Positions 27,404-37,009 of a stretch of 64,000 nt of DNA are shown here, in pieces. Source of the DNA: a virus; IMG/VR virus record IMGVR_UViG_3300022839_000007, positions 93,789 through 157,788 of that record; one strand, given 5' to 3'. The position numbers and the translations under genes were made by a program. How positions within the stretch are numbered: position 1 is the first letter of the stretch; the number at the start of each line of letters is the position of its first letter. The notes under the pieces are model-generated. The model did not search any database and was not told where the DNA came from. It worked only from the letters and a program-made list of their open reading frames with translations.

Positions 27404-28081
27404 TTATAACTTTTTTGCTAGTGGAAAGATTTCGGCTATTACTGTTGCACACGCCTTAGCAACTTCCATATGCTCTTTTTGTGTACCGTTTTCTTTACGT
27501 AGATCGATATAATGAATCCAACTACGTAGTGTACCATTCATATATAGCCGTGTTTTAGTAAGCCCTTCGGGAAGAACTTTTCGTGCTTGTTCTTTTGCAA
27601 TTCCGTTTTCAATTGCCCAGTTATAAGCAACACTTGCTGTATCAATTACGTTTTGCTGTAACTGTTCCCATTTAATTATTAATTCAGAAACTCCTTCTTG
27701 ATCAAGGTCAAGCTCTATTGAGTTCTGTCTGTTTTTTGGATCTTGTAGTCTAGCTTCGCAAATAACAAACGAGTTTTCAATTTCGCTTACATTTGCATAT
27801 CTTTGGCTAAATTCTTGAAATGCAAAACTTCTGTGTCTTATAATTTGATGAGCAATATCGCGAGTTGTTTCAATTTCAATAACTGCATTAGCCATTTCAA
27901 GCGGAGACCAATGCTGATGTTTAATTAAATATGAAATTAATCGTTCACTAGTTTCGGTATTAATTTGTGCAGACGGGTTACTTACTTTTGCACAAAATGC
28001 AATTAGTTCTTGTACGTCGGTTAACCCTTCGTCTTCAAATTCTTTAGTTGCTCGACTATATGATATTAATTTAGCGTACAT
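27404..28081 (-). CDS. thyX: Flavin-dependent thymidylate synthase
   Basis: HWSPLE, RHRSFAFQEFSQRY, TQKEH. Confidence 0.95.
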   Translation of the reverse strand: MYAKLISYSRATKEFEDEGLTDVQELIAFCAKVSNPSAQINTETSERLISYLIKHQHWSPLEMANAVIEIETTRDIAHQIIRHRSFAFQEFSQRYANVSEIENSFVICEARLQDPKNRQNSIELDLDQEGVSELIIKWEQLQQNVIDTASVAYNWAIENGIAKEQARKVLPEGLTKTRLYMNGTLRSWIHYIDLRKENGTQKEHMEVAKACATVIAEIFPLAKKL

Positions 28082-28105
28082 TAGTATTCCTTTTAAAATA
28101 TGAAA

Positions 28106-29020
28106 TTAAATTCGCGCAAGGCAAATTAGAACTGCGGCAAGATTAATCTCTGGATCGACAACTAGTGCATGATCCACTAGTCCTTGTTTGATAATTAAAA
28201 CTGCTTGATCTTGTTGGTCGTCGGTTCCAAAAATTGTAATGTTTGTATATAACCATACATATACTTCTTCAATCTCTTCGGACCGAAGTTGTCCGCATAA
28301 TAACTTTCTTGCATCTTGTATTTTACCAGCACGGAATAACTCTACCATGTTGACTCTCCATTCAGGAACTCCTGTGTCGGCTTTTTCAGCAGAGTTAAGC
28401 GTTCCGCTTTGTGAGTTTTCCTGTACAAGTTGAATACATTTTCTAAGATCAGGATAAGTAATCTTAACATACGTATCTAACGTATCGATGTCAAACTGGA
28501 TAGTTTCTTCAATAAGAATTTGTGCTACTCTTGCAGTGAATTCAACTTGATCAATTTTAGCAAAATGAAATTGATAACACCGGCTATGCAATGCTGGTAT
28601 AATTCTGTTTGGTGCGTTTGTGGTTAAAATAAATCTAGCAAACTGAGAGTATTGTTCAATGATTCCTTTTAGCGAGTCCTGTCCTTGTGGCGAAATTCGG
28701 TCGCCTTCGTCTAGCAAAATTACCTTAAAGCTTCCCCAGGGAATCATACTAATAAACGGAACTATTCTGTCTCTAATGAAATCAATTCCAGTTTCTCTAC
28801 TAGCATTTACTTCAAGTACGTCTAGCTCATGAACTCCTAGCTCGTTTATCAGCATCTTTGCCATACTAGTTTTTCCAGTTCCAGGCAACCCAGACAAAAT
28901 CAAAGACGGAATCGATTTGTCTTTGATCCATTGTTCTACTTGAGAACGCTGAGTTTTGTCTCGAAACACATATTCGTTAATAGTTTTTGGACGGTACTTA
29001 TCAGTCCATAATTGTTTCAT
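28106..29020 (-). CDS. Clamp loader AAA+ subunit (gp44/RFC-like)
   Basis: WTDKYRP, GLPGTGKT, LDEGD, SRC, YPDLRK. Confidence 0.92.
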   Translation of the reverse strand: MKQLWTDKYRPKTINEYVFRDKTQRSQVEQWIKDKSIPSLILSGLPGTGKTSMAKMLINELGVHELDVLEVNASRETGIDFIRDRIVPFISMIPWGSFKVILLDEGDRISPQGQDSLKGIIEQYSQFARFILTTNAPNRIIPALHSRCYQFHFAKIDQVEFTARVAQILIEETIQFDIDTLDTYVKITYPDLRKCIQLVQENSQSGTLNSAEKADTGVPEWRVNMVELFRAGKIQDARKLLCGQLRSEEIEEVYVWLYTNITIFGTDDQQDQAVLIIKQGLVDHALVVDPEINLAAVLICLARI

Positions 29021-29193
29021 CTGTTTTCCATTTTATAAAGTTCATGTATGCCGTAAAATGTTAACGCTGCAAATCCTAATTGCCACGTAACTAGTCCTTC
29101 GTTCACTAACTTGCAATATTCACGGTACCATCGTTTGTGATTCCCACCGTGTCTTGCTAATAGCAGTAATCTTTTTTTACGCAGAGAAGTCAT
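29017..29193 (-). CDS. Small hypothetical protein (58 aa, not in track)
   Basis: MTSLRKKRLL...KMENR; ATGA overlaps with both neighbours. Confidence 0.55.
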   Translation of the reverse strand: MTSLRKKRLLLLARHGGNHKRWYREYCKLVNEGLVTWQLGFAALTFYGIHELYKMENR

Positions 29194-29390
29194 TTGTTTT
29201 GCTGCCGTCTTAGTCTAAAAGTACAATAACTATTAGTCCATAAGTCTAAAACAAAATAAGCACCCACGACACCCAACATCTGTATATACCAAATTGGTCC
29301 AGATACTGCTATTACTACATTAGCAACAAAAAAATCTGCGGCTAGAAATGCCACTGCCCAATCATACCATTTAATCATTGTTTGCTCCAT
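29190..29390 (-). CDS. Small membrane protein
   Basis: Two hydrophobic segments. Confidence 0.55.
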   Translation of the reverse strand: MEQTMIKWYDWAVAFLAADFFVANVVIAVSGPIWYIQMLGVVGAYFVLDLWTNSYCTFRLRRQQNK

Positions 29391-29560
29391 TTAAGTAAAA
29401 ATAAAATTGCTATTCTAGGGTTGTTAAATTGTACATACCGCAATCTGTCAATGCTCCATAATTTTTTATCAGCAGGTCCATAACAGGAACACAACCATTT
29501 TATTGCATTGAGCCGATGCGATACTGACTGAGAAAGGGTTTCAAGATCGATAGTTGTCAC
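29375..29560 (-). CDS. Small protein of the F-x-LKW family
   Basis: C-terminal ILFLLKWS. Confidence 0.6.
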   Translation of the reverse strand: MTTIDLETLSQSVSHRLNAIKWLCSCYGPADKKLWSIDRLRYVQFNNPRIAILFLLKWSKQ

Positions 29561-29739
29561 TCATCTGCACCTTCAGTAGGCTCAGTTTTCTTAGGACGTC
29601 TACCATAAAATCCCCCGGTGATAATTAAATTTTCACTGACTGCACCCGGAGGTGACACTGTAACTTTTCCTCCAGCAGAAAGATAGTTAAGTATAAGATC
29701 GCTATCATCTTTTTGTAATTTACGCGGAATTGGATTCAT
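29557..29739 (-). CDS. Hypothetical protein
   Basis: YLSAGGKVT motif. Confidence 0.6.
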   Translation of the reverse strand: MNPIPRKLQKDDSDLILNYLSAGGKVTVSPPGAVSENLIITGGFYGRRPKKTEPTEGADE

Positions 29740-29746
29740 ATATTAT

Positions 29747-30283
29747 CTACTTTTTAAAACCAAAATGACTAAAGATTTGCTGTACTGACTTTGCCTGAAA
29801 ATACGCATCAGCTAACGCATTATGCAAATCAGTTTGCATAGCCTTACGCGGATCTACAGGCATACGTTTAGTAAGAGTTCTACTGTCAGAAATCTTCCAA
29901 AATTGCCACGGAATAGGTTTTCCTGTCATTTTATACATATTTTCAAGAATTGTATAATCAAACCCGTAACCATGTCCCCATAGCTCGTCAACTCCGACTA
30001 CCCATTTATTAAGTTGAGAAAGAGCGTCATCAACTGATACTGCTCCAGTTTGATCAAATGCTTCCTCCATCACTTTAGGATCTTGCTGACCCCACCATTG
30101 TAAAGTACTGTCGCTTGTTGTTCTTCCAAGCAAATCTTGATTGTCGACACATATTTTAATATAAAACTCTGAATGTGGTTCATCAGTAGTTAATGGATTA
30201 AATTTTACTGCACCTAAGCTAAGAACTGTAGCAGTAGGACGAACATCCAGTGTCTCGACGTCGATCATTCCTGATGTAGACAA
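29747..30283 (-). CDS. DEDDh 3'-5' exonuclease (DexA/Rv2179c-like)
   Basis: MIDVETL, WGHGYGFD, HNALADA. Confidence 0.85.
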   Translation of the reverse strand: MSTSGMIDVETLDVRPTATVLSLGAVKFNPLTTDEPHSEFYIKICVDNQDLLGRTTSDSTLQWWGQQDPKVMEEAFDQTGAVSVDDALSQLNKWVVGVDELWGHGYGFDYTILENMYKMTGKPIPWQFWKISDSRTLTKRMPVDPRKAMQTDLHNALADAYFQAKSVQQIFSHFGFKK

Positions 30284-30349
30284 GATAACCCTCCTTGGTT
30301 ATGTTATACTGTATTTTATTGTAACATGATTTTACAAGTAGTCAAATGA

Positions 30350-30718
30350 CTATTTTATAAATTGTGATAAGTTTGGATCTTTCCAACCTTCGGGTTTGAG
30401 AATTTTTCCGTCAGCTCGCCTACGAACTTTTCCAGATTCTACATTAATTTTAGCAAAATTAGTATCCATTACTTCTTTCCATGCAGCTTCTCCTACAGGA
30501 CCGAATCCACTGAGAATTGCACCCGACGTAACGACCATGATATCAATTAATCCATCTAATTGCTTCACTCTATCTTCTTCTTGGCAAGCTACTACCAATT
30601 CGTTATATTCTTCGTCAATTAATCCTAAATACATTTCATATTGATCTTTGTTAGTGCCGTCGGTTGTTTGGTCACATGCTGTCATAAAAACATATGAGTC
30701 GTTAAAAATGTTTGTCAT
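30350..30718 (-). CDS. MazG-like NTP pyrophosphatase (PRA-PH/DR2231-type)
   Basis: EEYNEL...DGLID...NFAK...RADGKILKP. Confidence 0.8.
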   Translation of the reverse strand: MTNIFNDSYVFMTACDQTTDGTNKDQYEMYLGLIDEEYNELVVACQEEDRVKQLDGLIDIMVVTSGAILSGFGPVGEAAWKEVMDTNFAKINVESGKVRRRADGKILKPEGWKDPNLSQFIK

Positions 30719-30727
30719 ATTTGTACC

Positions 30728-31132
30728 TTATTGATTAATAAACGTTCCGGGGTCAACTGTAAACCCTTCGCCGTCTGAATATTCTTTTCCTATAGTAATT
30801 CCAATTGGCGGCGTGTTGCTCCATAGCAATATACTAGAATTTTCTACCATGCGCAGTTCGCGTTGGTCATTTCCAGTTCCTACATTAATTCCACGTGTCC
30901 ATCTGCCGTGTTCTATAAGAATCCAGTCGCCTATATTATAAGGATCGATATTATCTGGTCCTTTATCATATACTTTACCCCAGCGCGGGTAGATGCCTCT
31001 TCCGCTACCGTTGTCGTCTCGCACGATAAGTCCTGACAAGGTCTTTTGTTCACCAAAATACATATCGCTTACAATAACTTTATCACCAATGGCTCTTAAT
31101 GTACCGTTGGATGTGTTTGATGTTAATGTCAT
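30728..31132 (-). CDS. groES: GroES-like co-chaperonin
   Basis: LRAIGDKVIV, KTLSGLIV, GKVYDKGP, IGDWIL. Confidence 0.75.
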   Translation of the reverse strand: MTLTSNTSNGTLRAIGDKVIVSDMYFGEQKTLSGLIVRDDNGSGRGIYPRWGKVYDKGPDNIDPYNIGDWILIEHGRWTRGINVGTGNDQRELRMVENSSILLWSNTPPIGITIGKEYSDGEGFTVDPGTFINQ

Positions 31133-31485
31133 GATTTACCTTTTTTAATAAAATTTCCCAATTCGTCTTCTTCCCACTGTGTAGCTATTGGTTTTTTAGC
31201 AACTGTACGTTCTTTTTTTACAACTGCTACGTCATCGTTAATTCTGCTGACTTCCCTAATTACCGGTTCGTCGAGAACTGCGTTAGTTTGATTGTAATAA
31301 TCTTTAAGTACATCTTCTCTTTTGCGAACTATTTTACCACCAGGTCCTAACTCGTCGCCTCGGGCATTGACTCTTGCGTTTCCAACTGCAGGAGTTAACT
31401 CATTTCTTGAAATTAGTAAATCTAAGTCAACGCTTTTTCCGTTTGCAGTTTTATAGATTTTTCGACCTTTTCCTTTTGTTGTCAT
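31129..31485 (-). CDS. Hypothetical protein
   Basis: AVGNARVNARGDELG; AAGGAGA SD. Confidence 0.7.
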   Translation of the reverse strand: MTTKGKGRKIYKTANGKSVDLDLLISRNELTPAVGNARVNARGDELGPGGKIVRKREDVLKDYYNQTNAVLDEPVIREVSRINDDVAVVKKERTVAKKPIATQWEEDELGNFIKKGKS

Positions 31486-31512
31486 AGGAGTCTCCTTATA
31501 ATATACGTATAT

Positions 31513-32073
31513 TTAGTCTCTTAGAAACTCTCGCCAGTCAAGATTATACTTTACAGAGTCTATACGATGCACTCCAATCAAATATAGCACATATGAACTA
31601 ACGCTGCTTCCTCGACCTACTCCCCAAATAATTTTATTTTCACGCATAAAGTCTACTAAGTACACCATATACCGTAACAAGTCCAACATGTTGCGATCTT
31701 TATATGCAGCTAGTTCTTCGCATACAACTTTCCATTCTCGTGTAGCATGGACTTCATACGGTTCAAACAATGGTAGTTTGGTCATTAATTCTGCCATGAT
31801 ATACGGTCCGATATCTAATATTTTATATTCATCAGGCATAAACCATTCGGATTGTAAAGCATGATCAAACTCTTCTTGCTGGACATCGAGTGCAATATAT
31901 TTGGTAAGAGAAGGCATTCCTTGTTCTTGCATTGCAATATTAAACATATCTACTTCGTCACTTGGATCACATAATACCACATGGCATTTATCTGATTGTC
32001 CAGAATAAATTAAATTAATTAAATCACGGTTAGAAAATCTTGGAATTCCTAACGAGTCTGTTTTTATTAGCAT
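31513..32073 (-). CDS. Stand-alone DNA polymerase III alpha (DnaE) palm fragment
   Basis: WGVGRGSSVSSYVLYLIGVHRIDSVKYNL. Confidence 0.8.
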   Translation of the reverse strand: MLIKTDSLGIPRFSNRDLINLIYSGQSDKCHVVLCDPSDEVDMFNIAMQEQGMPSLTKYIALDVQQEEFDHALQSEWFMPDEYKILDIGPYIMAELMTKLPLFEPYEVHATREWKVVCEELAAYKDRNMLDLLRYMVYLVDFMRENKIIWGVGRGSSVSSYVLYLIGVHRIDSVKYNLDWREFLRD

Positions 32074-32082
32074 ACATTAAGT

Positions 32083-32313
32083 TTAACGTACTTTAATTAA
32101 CTTGTCAAGAGTGTTGTTACCATTTTGTTGATCCTTTAGTCTGGAATTTGCTTTGCGTTCTTCTAATTCGAGCTTGTAAGTATCAATTAGTAATACAACT
32201 TGCTGTCTAACAGCTTCATTTTGTGTTGAAAAATATACACTAGTCAACTGTTGCAACTTTTGTTCAATTATAGGATCGCTTAGTGTATGTAAATCATTTA
32301 CACCGGGATGCAT
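32083..32313 (-). CDS. Hypothetical protein
   Basis: Translationally coupled ORF. Confidence 0.65.
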   Translation of the reverse strand: MHPGVNDLHTLSDPIIEQKLQQLTSVYFSTQNEAVRQQVVLLIDTYKLELEERKANSRLKDQQNGNNTLDKLIKVR

Positions 32314-32882
32314 TATACAAACGTTCCTAGATATCTTAAAAATACAGTTATGCCGTTATCATATGTAAATGCTTCAATTACAGTAGGAGTTGTGCTACTA
32401 GTTACGGTTAATTTACTCGCGTTCCACGCTACATTACCATCAGTTCTAGTTGTGCCACCCGCACTTCTAATAGTAACTTCTCTTGAAGAACCGTCGGCAG
32501 TTATTATTAGTTGCATTGACGCAAAATTACCATCAGTTGCCCAGCTACCTAATGTTAAATCAAGATTCTGTTCAACTCTGACAACATAAACGTGTCCGCC
32601 TGTTATTGGTAATATCTGGTTTGAAGATATTCCAGTTGCATATGTAGTATTTAATTTTAATGTATTATCTAATAATACTGCACCACTAATAATATTTCTA
32701 TTAAAATTAGTAGTCTCGTCACTACGTACAGAGTTATCCTGCATATCAGTTATTTCTTCTTTGGCAAATGCAAAGTTTTCTTTAATCTGATTAAAGTTAT
32801 CACGAAATCCTTGACTATCGTTGTCGCGACCTGCTACTGGAAAAGTGTCATCTATGTTTGTTATGCTAATATTGCTCGTCAT
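32313..32882 (-). CDS. Virion structural protein
   Basis: FPVAGRDNDSQGFRDNF; TATAAATA at 32902-32909. Confidence 0.65.
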   Translation of the reverse strand: MTSNISITNIDDTFPVAGRDNDSQGFRDNFNQIKENFAFAKEEITDMQDNSVRSDETTNFNRNIISGAVLLDNTLKLNTTYATGISSNQILPITGGHVYVVRVEQNLDLTLGSWATDGNFASMQLIITADGSSREVTIRSAGGTTRTDGNVAWNASKLTVTSSTTPTVIEAFTYDNGITVFLRYLGTFV

Positions 32883-32913
32883 TTGATTTCCTTGTTTGTA
32901 TTATTTATAATTA

Positions 32914-35900
32914 TTAAACATTGAATTGATAATTTGCGAACAATATGTACTGTTCGTTATTATTGCCAGTAGTAGCATCAACAATATATCTATCTATATC
33001 ATAATTGATTGAATTAAAATTAAACTTGCTATTTGCAATATTATCTTTAACTATTTTACCAAATCCGGGAAGTGTATATACTATAGGAATAGCTAACACA
33101 TATCCTAAATTTATTTGTCCAGACTCTTGTGGAGTTCTCATCCACAACGGAAGAAAGTCTCTACTGGTTGCTGCAATATTGTTACTGCTGGTTTTTATAT
33201 TCTCAATCCTGCTTCGCATGTTATCTATATTACTTATATATCGTTTATTATCAGAATTTTGATCAAGCTGTATTGCATCGCTATCTGCAGTGATAGTATT
33301 TCCGTTTGGACGCTGTCGCCATGGCGACACGTAATTACTAGAAAATTGATCAGTAGACAAGTCGTACTTTACACTATCTGTAGTAATTCGAGTACTTCTG
33401 TTAATGATTTGATATGATGTTTCGGTGTTGCCAGATTGCGGCGATGACGGATCATTTAATTCTAGATATACTATTTCGTATAATATATCAAGTGTGCCTT
33501 CGGCTTTTGCAACGGCTGTTTGAAGAGATCCGATGTTATATTGTTTTCTTTTATGATTCTTTGCTGCCACACTAACAAAAGCAGAGATGTCCTGAGTTTC
33601 AATTCCGGCATACACAAGACTTTTAAGTTCTCGTTGAATTCCAAAGTTTATATCACTTGGTCTATAAACCACAGATGGATCAATTAGTTTTGAATCGTTG
33701 CAAATTTGTAAATACGATTGTTTTTTTTCTTTAGTAAGAAACGGTTTCATGTAGATATTACTATACACTTTGTTATCTATGTCTGTAATAGTTAATGTAA
33801 ACGTTCTACTAATTGCACTATACCCAAATCTGTCTTTTGCGAGTACAGTAAATGTAAACACCCTATCTATAGTAGTTAATGTTCCGTCAAACGTGGTAGT
33901 ATTATTATCAAAAAAGGTTAGTCCTAACAAGTTGTTGATTGTAAAGATAGGAACTTTGCCAGTTATTTCACCGTTATCTTTGAATTCTAATCCCGGGGGC
34001 AAACTTCCTTGAGTTATATAATATTTAATTACAGCATCTGATAACGTAGAAGTTGCCCTTACGTTTAATGTACTTAATCGATTTGCTGCCAATGATCCTA
34101 AATTAACAGAAGTGTCCCATTTTATTGTGCTATCGACTTCTCCTAATAGAGATAAAGTAAAAGTACGAGATGTTTCTAATATGTCAACTTCGGCAACTGA
34201 AAATGTCTTATTAAACTTTGAGCCAATAATTGCACCAAACCCAAGTTGCTGTGTAGCATTAAGATTTCTCAATAGTATACTATCGAGCTCAACTCGTTGG
34301 ATATTAGATATTATGTCTACATATATTTGAGAACTGTCGCTGGTCTGAAATATAGTTTTAATAAAATTTACATTTCTTGATTGTGCAGTAGACGGAACAC
34401 AAATGATTATGTTGTTAGCAGCATCTATCCTAACATACGCAGGATTTTGATTAACGGACAAAAAGTCAATTAGCGTATCAGAAATTGAACCTTGCCAGAC
34501 AGTAACACTATTATTTAAACCAATAACTACATTATTGTTTGCACGTATATTATATTCGATATAATCTACAATATTATTAATTTTATGATATTCGTTATTA
34601 CCAAGTCTAAATATTTTATCAATATAAAAATTTATATCATTGAATGACAGTGGGTTTATAAAAAAGTAATTGTTACCTGCAAGTACATTTCTTTCTACTA
34701 TTATTACTGCTTTATTAACGATCGGTGCAAGAGGTTGTACCAACTGAATAGTATCAAAATCTTCATCAGTGCCGTCGACACTAGCAACAGTGTAATATCT
34801 TCCTTCAATTGGAATTTCTTTGAACGCCAGACTTTCTAAATCATCAAGTCCGTCGACAAGTGTGCGAGGTAGCTTAATGATCTTTATGTTAGTATCGCCT
34901 ACCATAGCAGCTTCGAATAGATTACCAAATACTGTAACTATACCAAAGTTTGCATCATTTCGTATAGCATTAACTGTAAAATTAAAGCTTTTTGTAACAG
35001 CAGGCAAGTAAGGAATTATGCCAGCAAGTTCGCCTGTGCTTTCGTCTAATGTTAATCCTAGAGGCAATTCACTAAGAGTACCGTCATTGTTAATTGGTGC
35101 AAGTAGATAAAATATAGTTCCGCTAGTAAGATTTTGATCAAGTGTTTCTAAAAATACAGTAAGATAGTTGTTTGCACGACGTAACCCTAAGTTTGCAGGC
35201 GTGAGCCAATGCGGCTTTCTTAAATACGTTGCATCAGCAGTAAAAATGCCATCGGCTGCTTTCATTAACGTATTATCGCTTCTTACAAAATCGTCTCCTA
35301 CTACATATATTTGAAACTTACGTTTAGTGTCACTAACATTATCAGCAACTGTTACAATAAATTCATACGTGCGATTTAGTTTTTTTGGACGCCTGGTTGG
35401 TACACTAAAATCATACGTTGTAGCATCATAAAAATAAGTGTCCAACCCACTGCCCGAAGGGATACTAAAATCGTAAGGTAGTTTTGCAAATACGTCAGAG
35501 TCAAACCCGCCATCGCTGTCGTTGAATTCAAAACTCAACAACGGATCAACTTGTCCGAGTAGACGACCTTCTGGTGTTAATTTGATACCCGGCGGCAACT
35601 CTCCGTCACCGTCGGCAATATAGTATCGTAAAAAGTCGCCTGCTGGAATATCGCTGTCGGCTGCTATAAGTTCAAAGTCAATTAGACTGCTATCAAGAAT
35701 AAAGTATACCCCGCTTGGTCCGACTGGTAACCTTCCTGCATTAGTTACCCATAACGGAGCATCTTCGCCCTCTACTATTATAGTAAATGTTCTATCTGAT
35801 ATTCCGGATAAAGTAGATGCTCTAATTACAAACTTACTTACAACAGGTCTTGATACTCCAACCGGAGTTCCTACTAGCTCGTTGTCTTCTAGACGAATGC

Positions 35901-36036
35901 CATTAGGCAACTTTCCACTAATAACTCGAGTAGATACTCCATTTAAACTAACTAATGGTAATGCTATTTGTGTTTGAATACGTTCTTGTATAATTCCAAG
36001 AGTTGTATTATTTGATACTGCCCATTGTGGTAACAT
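32914..36036 (-). CDS. Baseplate wedge-like protein with Ig-like repeats
   Basis: Repeated G.LP.G..L...G.L.G units; structural gene context. Confidence 0.65.
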   Translation of the reverse strand: MLPQWAVSNNTTLGIIQERIQTQIALPLVSLNGVSTRVISGKLPNGIRLEDNELVGTPVGVSRPVVSKFVIRASTLSGISDRTFTIIVEGEDAPLWVTNAGRLPVGPSGVYFILDSSLIDFELIAADSDIPAGDFLRYYIADGDGELPPGIKLTPEGRLLGQVDPLLSFEFNDSDGGFDSDVFAKLPYDFSIPSGSGLDTYFYDATTYDFSVPTRRPKKLNRTYEFIVTVADNVSDTKRKFQIYVVGDDFVRSDNTLMKAADGIFTADATYLRKPHWLTPANLGLRRANNYLTVFLETLDQNLTSGTIFYLLAPINNDGTLSELPLGLTLDESTGELAGIIPYLPAVTKSFNFTVNAIRNDANFGIVTVFGNLFEAAMVGDTNIKIIKLPRTLVDGLDDLESLAFKEIPIEGRYYTVASVDGTDEDFDTIQLVQPLAPIVNKAVIIVERNVLAGNNYFFINPLSFNDINFYIDKIFRLGNNEYHKINNIVDYIEYNIRANNNVVIGLNNSVTVWQGSISDTLIDFLSVNQNPAYVRIDAANNIIICVPSTAQSRNVNFIKTIFQTSDSSQIYVDIISNIQRVELDSILLRNLNATQQLGFGAIIGSKFNKTFSVAEVDILETSRTFTLSLLGEVDSTIKWDTSVNLGSLAANRLSTLNVRATSTLSDAVIKYYITQGSLPPGLEFKDNGEITGKVPIFTINNLLGLTFFDNNTTTFDGTLTTIDRVFTFTVLAKDRFGYSAISRTFTLTITDIDNKVYSNIYMKPFLTKEKKQSYLQICNDSKLIDPSVVYRPSDINFGIQRELKSLVYAGIETQDISAFVSVAAKNHKRKQYNIGSLQTAVAKAEGTLDILYEIVYLELNDPSSPQSGNTETSYQIINRSTRITTDSVKYDLSTDQFSSNYVSPWRQRPNGNTITADSDAIQLDQNSDNKRYISNIDNMRSRIENIKTSSNNIAATSRDFLPLWMRTPQESGQINLGYVLAIPIVYTLPGFGKIVKDNIANSKFNFNSINYDIDRYIVDATTGNNNEQYILFANYQFNV

Positions 36037-36045
36037 GCCAACTCC

Positions 36046-36723
36046 TTAAACTATAGATCCTAGGTCAATACTTGAATTAGCCGGGATAACAACTGTTCCT
36101 AAGTCTACTCCTTGTTGAGCTACTACCCAGTCTAATATGCTAGTTATATTAGTATCAAGTTTGCCCATATCAAATCCCTCAGTGTATCTTCCAATACTTT
36201 CGTAATAATTAACATTATTAATATTAGTAGGTACTAGATTAGCTGCAATAACGTTATTAACATTAATAATATTATTATTATCGGCATTTAAAGTAGCAGA
36301 AAGTGTTGGAATACTATCAGACGCTAAATTTCCAGAAATAGTAATAGTTTTTGAATTTTCGTCAGCATGTACTTGAATAGCGTCGGCACCCTGGATACTA
36401 AAACTTGCTCCGTTTCCGGCAATCAAGCTCCCAGTGTCTCCGCTAATTATAAAATTACTATTTGCAGTTGATTCTATAGTAATAGTATTTTCTAATTGAG
36501 ATAACGAAATATTTGTTCCTGCTACTAATCTTCTAAATTTTAATTGATTATTTTCAAGTTTAGAAAACACTTCGGCACCAGCTGACCCAAGATTTCCGCC
36601 GGTTTGTTCTGCAGTACTATCTAACGTTTGAAAGTTTTGATTTATTTTTATAAATGCTTCACGTAAGTCGTCGCCTGTTCCGTCATTAGCAGCTGATCCG
36701 ACACTAATATTTTGAATTGCCAT
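36046..36723 (-). CDS. Baseplate/tail protein with gp9/gp10-like N-terminus
   Basis: VGSAANDGTGDDLREAFIKINQNF. Confidence 0.7.
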   Translation of the reverse strand: MAIQNISVGSAANDGTGDDLREAFIKINQNFQTLDSTAEQTGGNLGSAGAEVFSKLENNQLKFRRLVAGTNISLSQLENTITIESTANSNFIISGDTGSLIAGNGASFSIQGADAIQVHADENSKTITISGNLASDSIPTLSATLNADNNNIINVNNVIAANLVPTNINNVNYYESIGRYTEGFDMGKLDTNITSILDWVVAQQGVDLGTVVIPANSSIDLGSIV

Positions 36724-36757
36724 CTTAATCTCCGTTTTTAGTATTTATCGTAAACCA

Positions 36758-37009
36758 TTAATGAAAGTCAACCCATCCAACCGTACTATCGCCGTTATTG
36801 CCTGCATACCCTTGGAACTTACCTGTGGTGATATTATATACCATCATACCAACAGTTGGTATGATGGTATCTATTTCAACTTGAGTATACGTTGGCGGTC
36901 CGCTGTAGAGCTCTGTAAAATTTTCGTTAATCTTAACAAATGCATTCCTTAACGGATCGCCGTCGCCGTGGTTAGCACTGCTACCTATATTTATTATACG
37001 TTTTGCCAT
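36758..37009 (-). CDS. Small gp9/gp10-like N-terminal-module protein
   Basis: IGSSANHGDGDPLRNAFVKINENF. Confidence 0.65.
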   Translation of the reverse strand: MAKRIINIGSSANHGDGDPLRNAFVKINENFTELYSGPPTYTQVEIDTIIPTVGMMVYNITTGKFQGYAGNNGDSTVGWVDFH

